This document shows, one piece after another, positions 18,766 to 29,564 of a stretch of DNA of 64,000 nucleotides (the first letter of the stretch is position 1; each line of letters starts with the position of its first letter). This DNA comes from Candidatus Omnitrophota bacterium (GTDB lineage: Bacteria; Omnitrophota; Omnitrophia; Omnitrophales; Aquincolibacteriaceae), in the NCBI GenBank assembly GCA_035368605.1, contig DAOSLF010000007.1, positions 13,747 to 77,746 of the forward strand, in the 5' to 3' direction. Under the pieces are notes generated by a model. It made no database searches. It was not told the origin of the DNA and was given only the letters and a program-made list of their open reading frames with translations. Position numbers and translations under genes: made by a program.

Positions 18766-19515
18766 TTAACCCGTGATCTCCTTCATTACTTCATCCGGAA
18801 TATCCGCGTTCGTGTAAACGTTCTGGACGTCATCGTGTTCTTCGAGGGCCTCGATCAGTTTCACGACCGTGCGTCCGGCCGCCACATCCACCGTTGTCAT
18901 ATTCTTCGCGTTCATGGTCAGATTCGCGCTTTCGATCTTGATCCCCGACTTCTCGATCGCATCCCGGACAGTCCAAAGATCGGCAGGCGCCGTCGTCACC
19001 TGGAACGTCTCTCCGACGGCGGCCATGTCCTCAGCCCCCGCGTTCAGCGCCGTTTCCATGAGCTTGTCTTCGGTCGTCGTCGAGGTCGACACGACGATCA
19101 ACCCCTTCTTCTCGAACATCCATGCCACGCCGCCGGCACTGCCCATGTTCCCGCCGTTCTTCCCGAAAATACTGCGGATCTCGGAAGCGCTTCGATTCTT
19201 GTTATCCGTCAGGCACGCCACAAGGAACGCAGCGCCACCCGGGCCGAACCCTTCGTAAGTCACTTCTTCATAAGTGACGCCTTCGAGTTCGCCGGTTCCC
19301 TTCTTGATCGCGCGCTCGATGTTGTCCGCCGGCATGTTCGCGTCCTTGCCGGCCTGGATCGCCGTCCTGAGACGCGGGTTCATTGAAGGATCGCCGCCGC
19401 CCGTTTTCGCGGCAACAGTGATCTCGCGGATGATCTTCGTAAAGGCCGCGCCGCGTTTCGCGTCCGCTGCGGCTTTCTTGTGCTTGATGCTCGCCCACTT
19501 ATTATGACCGGACAT
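18766..19515 (-). CDS. yebC: YebC/PmpR family DNA-binding transcriptional regulator
   Basis: [22 protein letters not shown] is the conserved N-terminus. The gene sits upstream of ruvCAB as expected. Confidence 0.9.
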   Translation of the reverse strand: MSGHNKWASIKHKKAAADAKRGAAFTKIIREITVAAKTGGGDPSMNPRLRTAIQAGKDANMPADNIERAIKKGTGELEGVTYEEVTYEGFGPGGAAFLVACLTDNKNRSASEIRSIFGKNGGNMGSAGGVAWMFEKKGLIVVSTSTTTEDKLMETALNAGAEDMAAVGETFQVTTAPADLWTVRDAIEKSGIKIESANLTMNAKNMTTVDVAAGRTVVKLIEALEEHDDVQNVYTNADIPDEVMKEITG

Positions 19516-19628
19516 GCCTCACCTCATTAGTGTTCGTGCTGTACTTTTTGTGTTTAAAAATACGAATTTCTGAATCCGGATGACAACCGCTCGACCGTTC
19601 CCGGCATTCGGGCCTCATCATCCGGGCC

Positions 19629-20462
19629 TCAGGCTTTCAGGATCGCTTCGGTCGTCAAGATCACGTCCCGCATCCCTTTCACCTCATGGACGCGCACCAC
19701 CTGGACCCCCTGCGCCACGCAGGCCGCCACGCAGGCCGCCGTCCCGAAATCCCTGTCCGGCGGCTCCCGGCCGGTCACTTTCCCGATGAATGACTTTCTC
19801 GACGGCCCCACCATCACGGGATATCCCGTATCCAAAAATGGCTTCGGATCCCGGAGAATCGCGAGATTCTGTTCCGTGTTCTTCGCGAAACCCAGCCCCG
19901 GGTCGATCATGATCCGTTCGCGTTCCACACCGCACTTGAGCGCCAATTCCACGCCCCCCGCGATCTCTTTCAGAATCTCGCCCGTGAGATCCCGGTATTC
20001 GGCCATTTCCCGCATCGTCTCCGGCGTCCCGCGGCTGTGCATCAGGATGAGGCCGGCCTTGTAGCTTTTCACGACGCCGGCCATCTTCTTGCCAAAGGCC
20101 CGGAGGCCGCTCGTATCGTTGACCGCGTCCGCACCTTCCTTGAGGCACTTTTCCGCGACATCGGCTTTTACCGTATCGATTGTAAGGATTGCGTCCGTTT
20201 TTTTCCGGATTGCCCGGATAACAGGCACAAGGCGCTTGATTTCTTCAGCGGCCGCCACGGATTTCGATCCCGGTCGCGTGGATTCCGCGCCGAGATCGAT
20301 TATTTCCGCTCCATCCGCAACAAGCCGGAGCGCGTGTTTCGCCGCTTTCTCCGGATCGAGGAATTTGCCGCCGTCCGAGAACGAATCGTGTGTCACGTTC
20401 ACGATCCCCGCGAGAAGCGTCCGGTCAAATGCAACTATCTTTTCGCGGACCTTCCAGATCAT
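19629..20462 (-). CDS. folP: dihydropteroate synthase
   Basis: GIVNVTHDSFSDGG ... AEIIDLGAESTRPG ... ILTIDT are the Pterin-binding motifs. Confidence 0.9.
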   Translation of the reverse strand: MIWKVREKIVAFDRTLLAGIVNVTHDSFSDGGKFLDPEKAAKHALRLVADGAEIIDLGAESTRPGSKSVAAAEEIKRLVPVIRAIRKKTDAILTIDTVKADVAEKCLKEGADAVNDTSGLRAFGKKMAGVVKSYKAGLILMHSRGTPETMREMAEYRDLTGEILKEIAGGVELALKCGVERERIMIDPGLGFAKNTEQNLAILRDPKPFLDTGYPVMVGPSRKSFIGKVTGREPPDRDFGTAACVAACVAQGVQVVRVHEVKGMRDVILTTEAILKA

Positions 20463-22390
20463 GCTGCGAGGGTCCCGCCCTCGGGAGCCTGGGTACCGGA
20501 TGACGGCAACGGAATCCCGACTATGTGCCGGATCTCGTCGGCGTCAAGCGTTTCCTTTTCAAGAAGCATCTTGGCAAGGAGTTCCAGCTTATCGCGGTTC
20601 TCCGTCAGGAGTTTTTGGGCCTTTGCGTAGGCTTCTTCGATAATCCGTTTGACTTCGCTGTCGATGAGCCTCGCCGTCTCTTCCGAATAATTCCGTTCTT
20701 CCATGAGATCGCGACCGAGGAAGACCATTCCGTTCTCTTTGCCGAAGATCATGGGGCCGAGCTTCTCGCTCATCCCGAAACGGCACACCATCTGGCGGGC
20801 GATCTGCGTCGCCTTCTGGAGATCGTTGTGGGCTCCCGTCGTAATATCGCCGAAAATAACCTGTTCCGCAACGCGACCGCCCAGGATCACCGGCAGCTCC
20901 GCGAGAAAGAAGGAAAGGCTCTGGAGCGTCCGGTCCTCTTCCGGCAACGTCACGGTGTAACCGCCGGCCATACCACGCGGAATAATCGTGACCTTGTGCA
21001 CGGGATCGGCGCCCGGCGTGAGAAGCGCCACAAGCGCGTGCCCCGACTCGTGATAGGCGACAATCTTGCGCTCCTTGTCCGAAATCTTCTTGCTCTTGCG
21101 CTGGGGACCCGCCATCACGCGCTCGATGGATTCCTGAAGCTCCGTCATGCCGATCGCGTCCTTGTTCATGCGCGCGGCAAGCAGCGCGCCTTCATTCACA
21201 AGGTTCGCAAGGTCCGCGCCCGAAAAATAAGTAGTCTGTTTGGCGATAGTCTTGAGGTCCACACCCGGAGCGAGCTTTACCTTGGCCGCATGGACCTTGA
21301 GGATCGCCTCACGGCCGATGAGATCCGGAAGCGGCACCACGACCTGGCGGTCGAAGCGACCCGGCCGCAGAAGCGCCGGATCAAGAACGTCCGGCCGGTT
21401 CGTCGAAGCGATCAGGATAACGCCCGCGTGCGTGTCGAACCCGTCCATTTCGACCAGAAGCGCGTTCAGCGTCTGTTCGCGCTCGTCATGCCCACCGCCG
21501 ATCCCGGCAAATCGCTGGCGGCCAACCGCGTCGATCTCATCGACAAAAATAATGGCGCCCTTGCCGCCGGTCTTCGCAGCGCGTTTGGCCTGTTCAAAAA
21601 GGTCACGGACACGCGCGGCGCCGACACCGACAAACATCTCGACAAAATCCGATCCGCTGATCGAAAAGAAAGGCACGTTGGCCTCGCCCGCGACCGCTTT
21701 CGCGAGAAGGGTTTTCCCCGTACCCGGAGGTCCCATCAGGAGGACCCCTTTCGGAATCTTGCCGCCGAGCTTCGTGAAACGGTGCGGATCTTTCAGGAAC
21801 TCGATGATCTCCTGCAGTTCTTCTTTGGCCTCGTCCACGCCCGCCACATCCTTGAAGGTCACGGGGCTCTTTTCCTTGCCGGCGAGCTTCGCGCGCGATT
21901 TTCCGAAGGAGAACACGCGGCTCCCCCCCTGCTGCATACCGCGGTAAACGAAGAACCAGAAGAAACCGATCAGAAGGAGAACGGGCATCACGGAATAAAC
22001 GAGGTTCCTCCAGAACGTCTGCGGCGGGCTCACCGAAAAATTCGGGATATTCTTCCGCATCAGCGGGATGATTTCAAGATCGTTCATCGGGATGTGGACC
22101 TGGAAGTAGGACCCTGTGATGAGTTTGCCGTGCACAACGTCTTCGACCAGTTCGCAGGAGAAAATCTGACCGTTCTCCGGGTTCGCCATCAGGAGACGAT
22201 AGAACTCGGAGTAACTCATTTCCTTGGTATCGAGACCGGGGAACACGAAGACCTGCAACAGGATCAGAATGGAGAGAGGGACGAGGAACAGCCACAGAAC
22301 CCGGTTCTTCTCGGGCTCCGGTTTTTTTTTGGACAATTTGCCGTTCTTTTTTTGCTTTTTGAAATTACTGATTCCGTTAGGCATACCCAT
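20459..22390 (-). CDS. ftsH: ATP-dependent zinc metalloprotease FtsH
   Basis: Two TMs, Walker A (GPPGTGKT), SRH, and the HEAGH-like zinc motif (HESGHALV). Confidence 0.95.
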   Translation of the reverse strand: MGMPNGISNFKKQKKNGKLSKKKPEPEKNRVLWLFLVPLSILILLQVFVFPGLDTKEMSYSEFYRLLMANPENGQIFSCELVEDVVHGKLITGSYFQVHIPMNDLEIIPLMRKNIPNFSVSPPQTFWRNLVYSVMPVLLLIGFFWFFVYRGMQQGGSRVFSFGKSRAKLAGKEKSPVTFKDVAGVDEAKEELQEIIEFLKDPHRFTKLGGKIPKGVLLMGPPGTGKTLLAKAVAGEANVPFFSISGSDFVEMFVGVGAARVRDLFEQAKRAAKTGGKGAIIFVDEIDAVGRQRFAGIGGGHDEREQTLNALLVEMDGFDTHAGVILIASTNRPDVLDPALLRPGRFDRQVVVPLPDLIGREAILKVHAAKVKLAPGVDLKTIAKQTTYFSGADLANLVNEGALLAARMNKDAIGMTELQESIERVMAGPQRKSKKISDKERKIVAYHESGHALVALLTPGADPVHKVTIIPRGMAGGYTVTLPEEDRTLQSLSFFLAELPVILGGRVAEQVIFGDITTGAHNDLQKATQIARQMVCRFGMSEKLGPMIFGKENGMVFLGRDLMEERNYSEETARLIDSEVKRIIEEAYAKAQKLLTENRDKLELLAKMLLEKETLDADEIRHIVGIPLPSSGTQAPEGGTLAA

Positions 22391-22531
22391 TGCATCTTCC
22401 GATTATTTTATTGATGGCCCCGCAAGCTGACAAATCCCGAAGGGACTTCCGTTTCTCAGGGCGTATTCGAGCGGACCCATGGACATTTTCAAGATTGCGA
22501 GCGCGTAGTCTAGCACGGCCCTTTCGAGATA

Positions 22532-23563
22532 TCAAACCTCATTACCCTCACCATGATCTTGTTTCCCCGGGATATTTCTCTTATACAGCACCATCGTTTT
22601 GGGGGTCAGCGTGAGATCGATATGTTTCGGGAGCGACCAGCGGTTCCTGGGCCGCGAAAGACCTTTTTGGATACGCTCCCACGCTTCATAGGAAAGCCCG
22701 CTCCGCGGATCGATCTTTTTGAGCGCCCGTTCGATGACGCGGAACTGAATCGGCACGGGAAGACCAAGAAAATCCCCGCGACGAAGCTCGACCTTATGCC
22801 GTTCATGCTTTTTGAAGGTCTTCTTCCATGCTCCGGCTTCCAGCTCATCGAGGAGAGCGATCTCCCGCGCCGCGATCACCGGGATTCTTGCGAGAGATTC
22901 CACAATGCGCGGATTGAAATCGCGGCGAAGCGCCGGCAACAGTTTCAGGCGTATCCGGTTCCGGAGAAACCGGCGCGATTGGTTGCTTTCATCCCGGCGG
23001 AATCCGATTTTCGCCGTGCGAAGAAAGTCGAGGAGATCGCTTTTTGCATAAGCCAGAAACGGCCGGATGAATGACACCCCCTCCATCCGGTTCACTTCGC
23101 GGATTCCCCGGAGACCGCGCAGGCCGGTCCCCTGCAGAATACGCATCAACACCGTTTCAGCCTGGTCGTCCAGCGTGTGCGCAAGCACGACTTTTTTCAC
23201 CTTGAGGCGCTTTGCGGTCCTGAGAAAAAAATCATAGCGCATCTTTCGCGCGGCCTCTTCAAGCGATGTCTTCGTGCGCAGCGCAGCGCGTTTCACGTCC
23301 CCTGCCCCGCCGTAGAATGCCAGGCCGAGCTCCCGGGCAAGACGGCGGACAAACATTGCGTCAGCCTTCGCCGCGGACCGCAAACGGTGATCGTAATGAA
23401 GAATACCGAGCTTCCAGCGGTTTCCGGGGGCGATGAGCGCAAACAAATGGACAAGCGCGACGGAATCGGGACCTCCGGAACAGGCGATAAGGAGCCGATC
23501 ATTTTTACGGAAAAAAGCAGCATCTTCCAGGCGGGCCTTGAGGTCGGAACGGAGATCGCGCAT
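22532..23563 (-). CDS. tilS: tRNA(Ile)-lysidine synthetase TilS
   Basis: The PP-loop (LLIACSGGPDSVAL) and N-type ATP pyrophosphatase fold. The ORF-track start runs through the tRNA gene, so I trimmed it to MRDLRSD (23563). Confidence 0.85.
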   Translation of the reverse strand: MRDLRSDLKARLEDAAFFRKNDRLLIACSGGPDSVALVHLFALIAPGNRWKLGILHYDHRLRSAAKADAMFVRRLARELGLAFYGGAGDVKRAALRTKTSLEEAARKMRYDFFLRTAKRLKVKKVVLAHTLDDQAETVLMRILQGTGLRGLRGIREVNRMEGVSFIRPFLAYAKSDLLDFLRTAKIGFRRDESNQSRRFLRNRIRLKLLPALRRDFNPRIVESLARIPVIAAREIALLDELEAGAWKKTFKKHERHKVELRRGDFLGLPVPIQFRVIERALKKIDPRSGLSYEAWERIQKGLSRPRNRWSLPKHIDLTLTPKTMVLYKRNIPGKQDHGEGNEV

Positions 23564-23589
23564 GACGCTCCATTTGTTAAAATGAAAAA

Positions 23590-23662
23590 TGCCGGAGGGC
23601 GGGATCGAACCGCCGACACGAGGCTTATGAGTCCTCTGCTCTACCAACTGAGCTACCCCGGC
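23590..23662 (-). tRNA. tRNA with CAU anticodon (elongator tRNA-Met or lysidine-modified tRNA-Ile2)
   Basis: The reverse complement GCCGGGGTAGCTCAGTTGGTAGAGCAGAGGACTCATAAGCCTCGTGTCGGCGGTTCGATCCCGCCCTCCGGCA folds as a cloverleaf with a 7-bp acceptor stem, a GCTC/GAGC D-stem, a CUCAUAA anticodon loop and a GGCGG-TTCGATC-CCGCC T-arm. No CCA is encoded. Confidence 0.85.
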
Positions 23663-23798
23663 ACGTTATGCTTCAAGAAGGGAAAAACGGATAAAACCAT
23701 GCGAATCAGGGGGCGTATACTAACACAGAGCCCAAAAATCGCCAAGGGCCACTGAGAAGTTCTTTACATCAGCCGCTCGCAGGCGTAAACTTGTTCCT

Positions 23799-24797
23799 AT
23801 GTCTGTAAAGGTCCATCCTAAATATCAATCTCATCGTACTCCCCCGGTCGAAAAGCAAAAGTTTGACGCCGTCCTTTTCGATATCGACAATGTCCTCGTA
23901 GATACCCGGAAATCCTACCTGGAAGCGATCCGCTACACGGTCGAGATTTTCCTTACCCACAGCGACGTCCCGTTCTTCAGCAAATCCGCAAGCGGCAAGA
24001 TGCCGTCCCTCTTGTCATGCCACGATGTGGAGCGGTTCAAGATGCTCGGGGGATTCAATGACGATTGGGATTGCTGCTACGGGATACTCGTTTATCTTCT
24101 CTCGCTCCCCGTCGCTAATCGAACCATTGACGCGCTGAAGAAGGCCGCCGACTTTGAAAAGCTGGCGAAGACCGCCAAGGAGCGCCCGCTCAAGGTCGCA
24201 GGTATCACGGCGCTTTACGGACGGCCGAGCACGATCACGATCGAACGTGTCGCGAGAATCTTCCAGGAGGTCTATCTCGGCAAAGACATCTTCCCGCATG
24301 TCACCCGCAACAAGATGAAATACTGGAAGAAACGTGGTCTGATCCAGAAGGAAAAGCCCATCTTCCGCAAACCTCTTCTCGAAAAAATCAAGAACGCCGG
24401 CATCAAACTCGGAATCACAACCGGCCGCTCCCGCTACGAGGCCATGCACGCGCTGAAGACGTTCGGGATCGCGGAGCTCTTTGACGGCATAACCACGATG
24501 GATGAAGTCAAACGCGCGGAGCGTGAGAAGAAGGAGTCGTTGCGGAAACCTCACCCCTATTCCGTAATCCGGACAGCCGAGGCGCTCGGCCCCAAACTGC
24601 ATTATCTTTACATCGGTGACCTTCCGGACGATGTCCTGGCGGCGAACCGCGCGAAGCACTCCATATCGATCCGTTCAGCGGCCTTCCCAATGATGGCGGC
24701 GGATCCCTTCCGCGCTATAAAGGAGATCGAAAGCTCCCAGCCGGATTACATCCTTAAAACCCCTTCCGACCTCTGCAAGATTCTCGGGATCAAATAG
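23799..24797 (+). CDS. HAD superfamily hydrolase
   Basis: Motif I FDIDNVLVDT, and later GITTGRSR/ YIGDLPDD-type HAD motifs. Confidence 0.7.
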   Translation: MSVKVHPKYQSHRTPPVEKQKFDAVLFDIDNVLVDTRKSYLEAIRYTVEIFLTHSDVPFFSKSASGKMPSLLSCHDVERFKMLGGFNDDWDCCYGILVYLLSLPVANRTIDALKKAADFEKLAKTAKERPLKVAGITALYGRPSTITIERVARIFQEVYLGKDIFPHVTRNKMKYWKKRGLIQKEKPIFRKPLLEKIKNAGIKLGITTGRSRYEAMHALKTFGIAELFDGITTMDEVKRAEREKKESLRKPHPYSVIRTAEALGPKLHYLYIGDLPDDVLAANRAKHSISIRSAAFPMMAADPFRAIKEIESSQPDYILKTPSDLCKILGIK

Positions 24798-24906
24798 CCA
24801 GACCGGAATCCGGAACTGACACCACGGGCCCCGTTCAGCTCTTGCGGGAACGATCTTTTATTCCTTGAATGAGACCCCGGTGACCGGGAGACGGGCTTCG
24901 TGATTT

Positions 24907-25986
24907 TTAAGAAAGGATCGCCTTGCGGAGAAGATAAGTGCCGATGCCGAGAAGTATGACGTTGGGGATCCAGAGGCTGATATAGGGAGGAAGCCCGCCC
25001 CGCGTCGCAAGCGTTTGAGCGATCGCGAAAAACACGTAGTAAATGCTGGCCGCCGCCATCGAGATCCCGAAGCTGATGACAACCTCCCCGCGTTTGACAA
25101 CACTCGCGATGGGAATTCCGATAAAAACGAAAACCAGAGACGCGAACGCAAACGCAATACGCTGGTGGAACACCGTCCAGATCTCGCGACGATCCTTCCT
25201 GTCGGTCTTCTCGGAGACATCCACGAGCATCTCGGCAAGCGTCATATCCTTTTTCTTCTTTCCCATGTTCTGAATGTTGCCTTCCGCCAGCGTCGGAAAC
25301 TTGTAGGTCTTGAACTGAACGGTCTGGATCCCCTTATCAACGGACTCCGACACGCTCCCGTCGTACAGGTGCACCTCGAGGTTGCCGGTTGCCTGATCCA
25401 TGAGAATCTCGCCGCGATCCGCGACGATGGTCCTTACCGGACGGTCCGCGTCCACACCTTCGTGGGCCACGATATCGCGCATCATGTTCTTCTCGACGCG
25501 CTTTGTAAGGAAGATGATGTCGCTCGAGATCTTGACGAAACGCCCCGGCTCGATCAAGGCCATCGGATGCGCCATGAGCATTTTCTTGGTGGCGCGGCGG
25601 AGCTCAAAACGGGCGTGCGGCGCAATCTGGTCGTTGAATACAAACATGAGAATACTGAGGGCAAAACCGAGGATGAGCGGCGGCATCATGAATTTAAGGG
25701 GATGGACCCCCGAGGCCTTCATCGCCCGGAATTCGTTGTGCTGGGTAAAGCTCCCGAAAACAATCAGCACACCCGTCAGGAGGCTCATCGGAGCCGTGTA
25801 GCTCATCACGGACGGCATGACCAGCAAAAGGACATAAAGGGTCTGTGTGAACGGCACACCCCTGCCGATGATCAGATCGGCCGCTTTCACAAGATAACCG
25901 GCCATAAAAATAAAGGTCAGGACCGCGAAGCATAGCAGGCACGGCAACAACAGTTCTTTGAGGACGTAACGCTGGAGGATCTTCAA
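24907..25986 (-). CDS. LptF/LptG family permease (YjgP/YjgQ)
   Basis: MKILQRYVLKELL is the typical LptF/G N-terminus. It has 6 TMs with a central periplasmic beta-jellyroll region. Confidence 0.8.
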   Translation of the reverse strand: MKILQRYVLKELLLPCLLCFAVLTFIFMAGYLVKAADLIIGRGVPFTQTLYVLLLVMPSVMSYTAPMSLLTGVLIVFGSFTQHNEFRAMKASGVHPLKFMMPPLILGFALSILMFVFNDQIAPHARFELRRATKKMLMAHPMALIEPGRFVKISSDIIFLTKRVEKNMMRDIVAHEGVDADRPVRTIVADRGEILMDQATGNLEVHLYDGSVSESVDKGIQTVQFKTYKFPTLAEGNIQNMGKKKKDMTLAEMLVDVSEKTDRKDRREIWTVFHQRIAFAFASLVFVFIGIPIASVVKRGEVVISFGISMAAASIYYVFFAIAQTLATRGGLPPYISLWIPNVILLGIGTYLLRKAILS

Positions 25987-26132
25987 GCTGTCAGAGACGC
26001 CTTAACGGCATCCCCCCTCTGAAGTGGATTTATCGAGACCATTGAATTTCCGTTCAAAACCGGCCCGAACACTTTTAGCGGCTCAAGGGTCGGATACAAG
26101 TCAGGGCATCATAGAGACGCCGGCAATCTTTG

Positions 26133-27365
26133 TCAACTCTGCCTCTCTGTCACGGCCTCTTGTTCAGCCGCTGGCAGGTGATGGTTCAGCGGCCCCGAAC
26201 GCAGCGAACCAAGCAGTTCATGCGGGCCGACAAATCCGGAAATCCGCATCTCATCAACCTCTTTCCCCTGTTCATCGAGAAAGATGACGGTCGGCACTCC
26301 GACAACGCCAAAATCCTCGACAAGACGCTTTGTGACATCGTCGTTCAGATACGTCGTGTCCACCTTGACCCTGCGAAACCCATCCAGGGCCCGGATCACA
26401 CTCGGGTTCGAATAAGTGAACCGGTCCAGTTCGTGGCAGGGAATGCACCAGTCGGCGTAAAAATCAAACATGACCGGCTGTCCGGCCGCCCGCGCTTCCT
26501 CGAGGAGATCCGGGCGATATCTCTCCCATGCCATGCCATTGCCTCCATGCAACAAAAGGAGCGTAACAATCGCAACAGCACCCGCCGCCGAGATCAGGGT
26601 CCCGATGATCCGCTTGAACATCCTGAATCTCTTCGATTCATCAGCGGACCGCTCGATCCAGCCGAGATAGATGCCGCCCACAAACGCGGTCACGGGGACC
26701 AGCCATCCGAGCAACGGCCACCGGAACGCGATGATGAGATAAAAACAGCCGAACGAAAAAAGGACCACGCCGAGAAGCCTTTCGAACCAGATAAGCCACG
26801 CGCCGGATTTCGGCAGTTTTTTGAGAAGTCCCGAAAAGGTCCCGAGCGCGAGGTAGGGAGAGCCCATGCCGAGCGAAAGGATCAAAAAACAGACGGCACC
26901 GTAAACCGCGTCCCCCGTCTGGCTGACCGCCGTAAGGAGGCTAAGCACGACCGGTCCGACGCAGGGCGCCGCCACGATGCCAACGAGAAGGCCGGAGAGA
27001 AAGAACTCGACAAAGGTCTTCCCGGACGGCATGCCGCGCTGCGGGATCATCCAGGACGGGAACCGGAATGTGTAGAGACCGAACATGCTGAGCGAAAGCG
27101 CGATGATAAAGAGGCTCATCACGAGCAGGACCCAGAAATTCTGGAGGAAGAGACCAAAAAACTCCCCCGTCAGGGCCGCGAGGACCCCGATGAGGGTAAA
27201 CATTACCGTGATCCCCGACACATACACGAGGGCCCTCAGAAAACTCTGGCCGTGGCTTTTGGCGTCGGAACTCCGGAAAAGCGACAGCGTGATCGTCAGC
27301 ATCGGATAGATGCATGGCGTCAGGTTCAGGCTCAATCCCAGGATAAAATACGCGACATATTCCAT
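26133..27365 (-). CDS. dsbD: protein-disulfide reductase DsbD family (CcdA-like TM domain fused to C-terminal thioredoxin domain)
   Basis: The TM domain has conserved Cys (LTPCIYPML ... AAPCVGP). The C-terminal thioredoxin has WCIPCH. Confidence 0.8.
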   Translation of the reverse strand: MEYVAYFILGLSLNLTPCIYPMLTITLSLFRSSDAKSHGQSFLRALVYVSGITVMFTLIGVLAALTGEFFGLFLQNFWVLLVMSLFIIALSLSMFGLYTFRFPSWMIPQRGMPSGKTFVEFFLSGLLVGIVAAPCVGPVVLSLLTAVSQTGDAVYGAVCFLILSLGMGSPYLALGTFSGLLKKLPKSGAWLIWFERLLGVVLFSFGCFYLIIAFRWPLLGWLVPVTAFVGGIYLGWIERSADESKRFRMFKRIIGTLISAAGAVAIVTLLLLHGGNGMAWERYRPDLLEEARAAGQPVMFDFYADWCIPCHELDRFTYSNPSVIRALDGFRRVKVDTTYLNDDVTKRLVEDFGVVGVPTVIFLDEQGKEVDEMRISGFVGPHELLGSLRSGPLNHHLPAAEQEAVTERQS

Positions 27366-27399
27366 GATTCAGAAATCCCTCGCCGTGAGGGCCGTTATG

Positions 27400-28047
27400 T
27401 TATCGGGGAAACACGCTCCCCGCTTCAGAACAAACTTGCCGGAAAACTGCCTTTGTCGTCAACGCGATCAGTTCCTCGGTCGTTTTTTTCCAGTTCACGG
27501 GTACTTCATAGGTCTTGAAATCCCAACTCGACGTGAAAAGAACCTTCCCTTCCCGGCAACCATATTCATAGAGCGTTTTTGTGAGGCGCACGTCGTCGAG
27601 GCAGTATTTCTTGAGTTCTGCGATCCGCCCTTCCTTGAAAAGGACAAGAGCCTCGGCCCCGTCACCGGACTTCCCTTCCTTCAGGGTCGCGCGGGCCACA
27701 CTGTCGAGACTGACACGGTGTCCCCTTGCCTTTTCGATATCATCGAGAAGATCAAGGACCGGAAGGGTCTCCACGGGTTTAAAAATGTAGGGTTGAAGCA
27801 CCGGCATATCGAAACGGCGAATATTGAACCCGATGATCAGATCCGCCTGCTGCACCCGTTTGTCGAGTTCGTTGCCGGGCGAGATGATCTCCTTTTCTTC
27901 GTAACCTCGATACTGGTCCGTCAGATAATCATAGACCCCCGCGACCGAAATCTTGAGCTTCGCGAGACTGTCGACCTTGGATCTGCCGACCTCCTTGAAC
28001 GACCTCTGCGTTTCCAGGTCCATCACCAATATATTTCTTGATCCCAT
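27400..28047 (-). CDS. RNase H-like fold / DEDD-type 3'-5' exonuclease family protein
   Basis: N-terminal ILVMDLETQ (exo motif I-like D-x-E) with later acidic motifs. The assignment is tentative. Confidence 0.45.
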   Translation of the reverse strand: MGSRNILVMDLETQRSFKEVGRSKVDSLAKLKISVAGVYDYLTDQYRGYEEKEIISPGNELDKRVQQADLIIGFNIRRFDMPVLQPYIFKPVETLPVLDLLDDIEKARGHRVSLDSVARATLKEGKSGDGAEALVLFKEGRIAELKKYCLDDVRLTKTLYEYGCREGKVLFTSSWDFKTYEVPVNWKKTTEELIALTTKAVFRQVCSEAGSVFPR

Positions 28048-28063
28048 GGATTCATCCTCTGGG

Positions 28064-28786
28064 CTAAAGAAGCTCTTTCAGATTTTTAACTACGCTCAGG
28101 ACTTCGCGTTCGTGAGCGGCAAGCCCTTTATGCCGCCCCGAACGGTCGAGCCAAATCGCTCTGATCCCGGCCTGGTGGGCACCGTGGATATCGTCTTCCA
28201 GACTATCTCCGACATGGACAGCTTCATGGGCCCCCACGCCGGAAAGTCTCAGGGCCTCCCGGAAAATTCTCGGGTCCGGTTTCGCGGCCCCGAAGATCGA
28301 GCTGATCACATAACGGTCCATGAAGCGGCCGAGGCCGAGGCCTTCGCACAGCTTGACGAGCCGGCTATCCCAGTTCGAAACAAGGCAGAGAATATACCCT
28401 TTCTCCTTCAGCGCCCGCAACACTTCTTCGGATTCGGGAAAGAACCGCCACACCTCCGGACGCGCGAAAAGATCGTATAGTTCATTAAAGAAATCGTCGA
28501 AGGGACCGAACTTGCCAAAGTCCTGAAAAACCCCGGTCACGACCTCCCTCCAGAATTCCTTTTCGTTCTTTTCGATCATGTGACTTTTGAGGGTGCCAAT
28601 CCGGTCATGGTGGCTCCAGACCCGGTGGAACGCGGCTTCGATATCTTTTTCAGAGGCGCGGCACCCGTATTTTGCCGCAGTCAACCGGTAGTGATGGCCG
28701 ATCGAAGGATAAGGACGGAAGAGCGTCCCGCCAGCGTCGAGGAAAACGGCCCTGGTGCCTTCCGGGATCTTACTGAGCGAAGTCAT
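28064..28786 (-). CDS. HAD family hydrolase (haloacid dehalogenase-like)
   Basis: AVFLDAGGTLF (motif I), LVSNWD (motif II), and GDSLEDD (motif IV). I trimmed the start to MTSLSK, removing a 155-aa Arg-rich extension. Confidence 0.75.
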   Translation of the reverse strand: MTSLSKIPEGTRAVFLDAGGTLFRPYPSIGHHYRLTAAKYGCRASEKDIEAAFHRVWSHHDRIGTLKSHMIEKNEKEFWREVVTGVFQDFGKFGPFDDFFNELYDLFARPEVWRFFPESEEVLRALKEKGYILCLVSNWDSRLVKLCEGLGLGRFMDRYVISSIFGAAKPDPRIFREALRLSGVGAHEAVHVGDSLEDDIHGAHQAGIRAIWLDRSGRHKGLAAHEREVLSVVKNLKELL

Positions 28787-29564
28787 CCTGACCTCCGCCG
28801 CCGGTGAACTTCTGGGAAAGCATCTGTCCGAGATAAGGCAGTGCCTGGGCCACTCCGGCCATCCCGCCTGTTTGCGCATCGGCACTGCTCCCGTAAGCAT
28901 AAGGATCGGTCGCGGAACCCGCGCGGGCCATGGAACCCATAAAAGAAGAGGCGCCCGCCGGAGGACCGCCCGGCGTGTCAGCCTTCTCCGCCGCCTTGAT
29001 GTCCGCAATCGCGGCGCGGACTTCTTCGTTTCCGAAATCGTAATCAAGGGCCTTTTTGAAAGCGTCCTCGGCCTCATCAAAAAACTTCTGCTCGGCGTAA
29101 ATCTCGCCGATCTGGATCCAGCACGCGGCAAGGAATTCGCCGTCCTTTGAGGGGTCCGAGACCCGGATCGCTTTCCTGAACTCTTCGCGGGCGCGCTCCA
29201 TTTTCCCGAGACGCTTGTTGACCACACCGAGGTTGAAATGCGCGACCGCATGATCGGGGCGGATCATGACGGTCTTCTCGAGGGCATTCCTGCTTTTCAT
29301 AAGCCATGCGAGGGATTCGGCGTTCTTTTTCCGGGTCCGGTCAAAAAGCGCGGCATAGACGTTTGAGAGATCGAAATAGAGGTCGGCGTTCCCGGGTTCG
29401 AACCCCAGCTTCTCCTTGATCTCTTTTTCGGCCATAATCAGCTCGATGGTCGAAAGTTCCGCGGCCTCATCGGGAACCGGGGGCGCAGGTTCTTCGGCGC
29501 GAAGAGAAACGGACGCGAGCAGGCAGGCCAGGACAACCGGAAGCGGATATTTTTTAAATGCCAT
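28770..29564 (-). CDS. secreted tetratricopeptide repeat protein
   Basis: Signal peptide, TPR motifs (AHFNLGVVNKRLGKMERAREEFRKAIRV), and a Gly-rich C-terminus. Confidence 0.65.
   Translation of the reverse strand: MAFKKYPLPVVLACLLASVSLRAEEPAPPVPDEAAELSTIELIMAEKEIKEKLGFEPGNADLYFDLSNVYAALFDRTRKKNAESLAWLMKSRNALEKTVMIRPDHAVAHFNLGVVNKRLGKMERAREEFRKAIRVSDPSKDGEFLAACWIQIGEIYAEQKFFDEAEDAFKKALDYDFGNEEVRAAIADIKAAEKADTPGGPPAGASSFMGSMARAGSATDPYAYGSSADAQTGGMAGVAQALPYLGQMLSQKFTGGGGQDDFAQ

Noticed and set aside
20525-22414. 629-aa plus-strand ORF
   Set aside because: It is entirely antisense to ftsH, whose protein motifs are unambiguous. Its translation is low-complexity Arg/Asp/His-rich, with no recognisable domain. 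It is a typical high-GC antisense artifact. The same applies to 46481..48232 (antisense to malic enzyme), 7206..8471 (antisense to efp, CYTH and DJ-1), 26130..27518 (antisense to dsbD), 12963..13730 (antisense to pdxJ), 13663..14460, 57324..58127 and 63062..63886.
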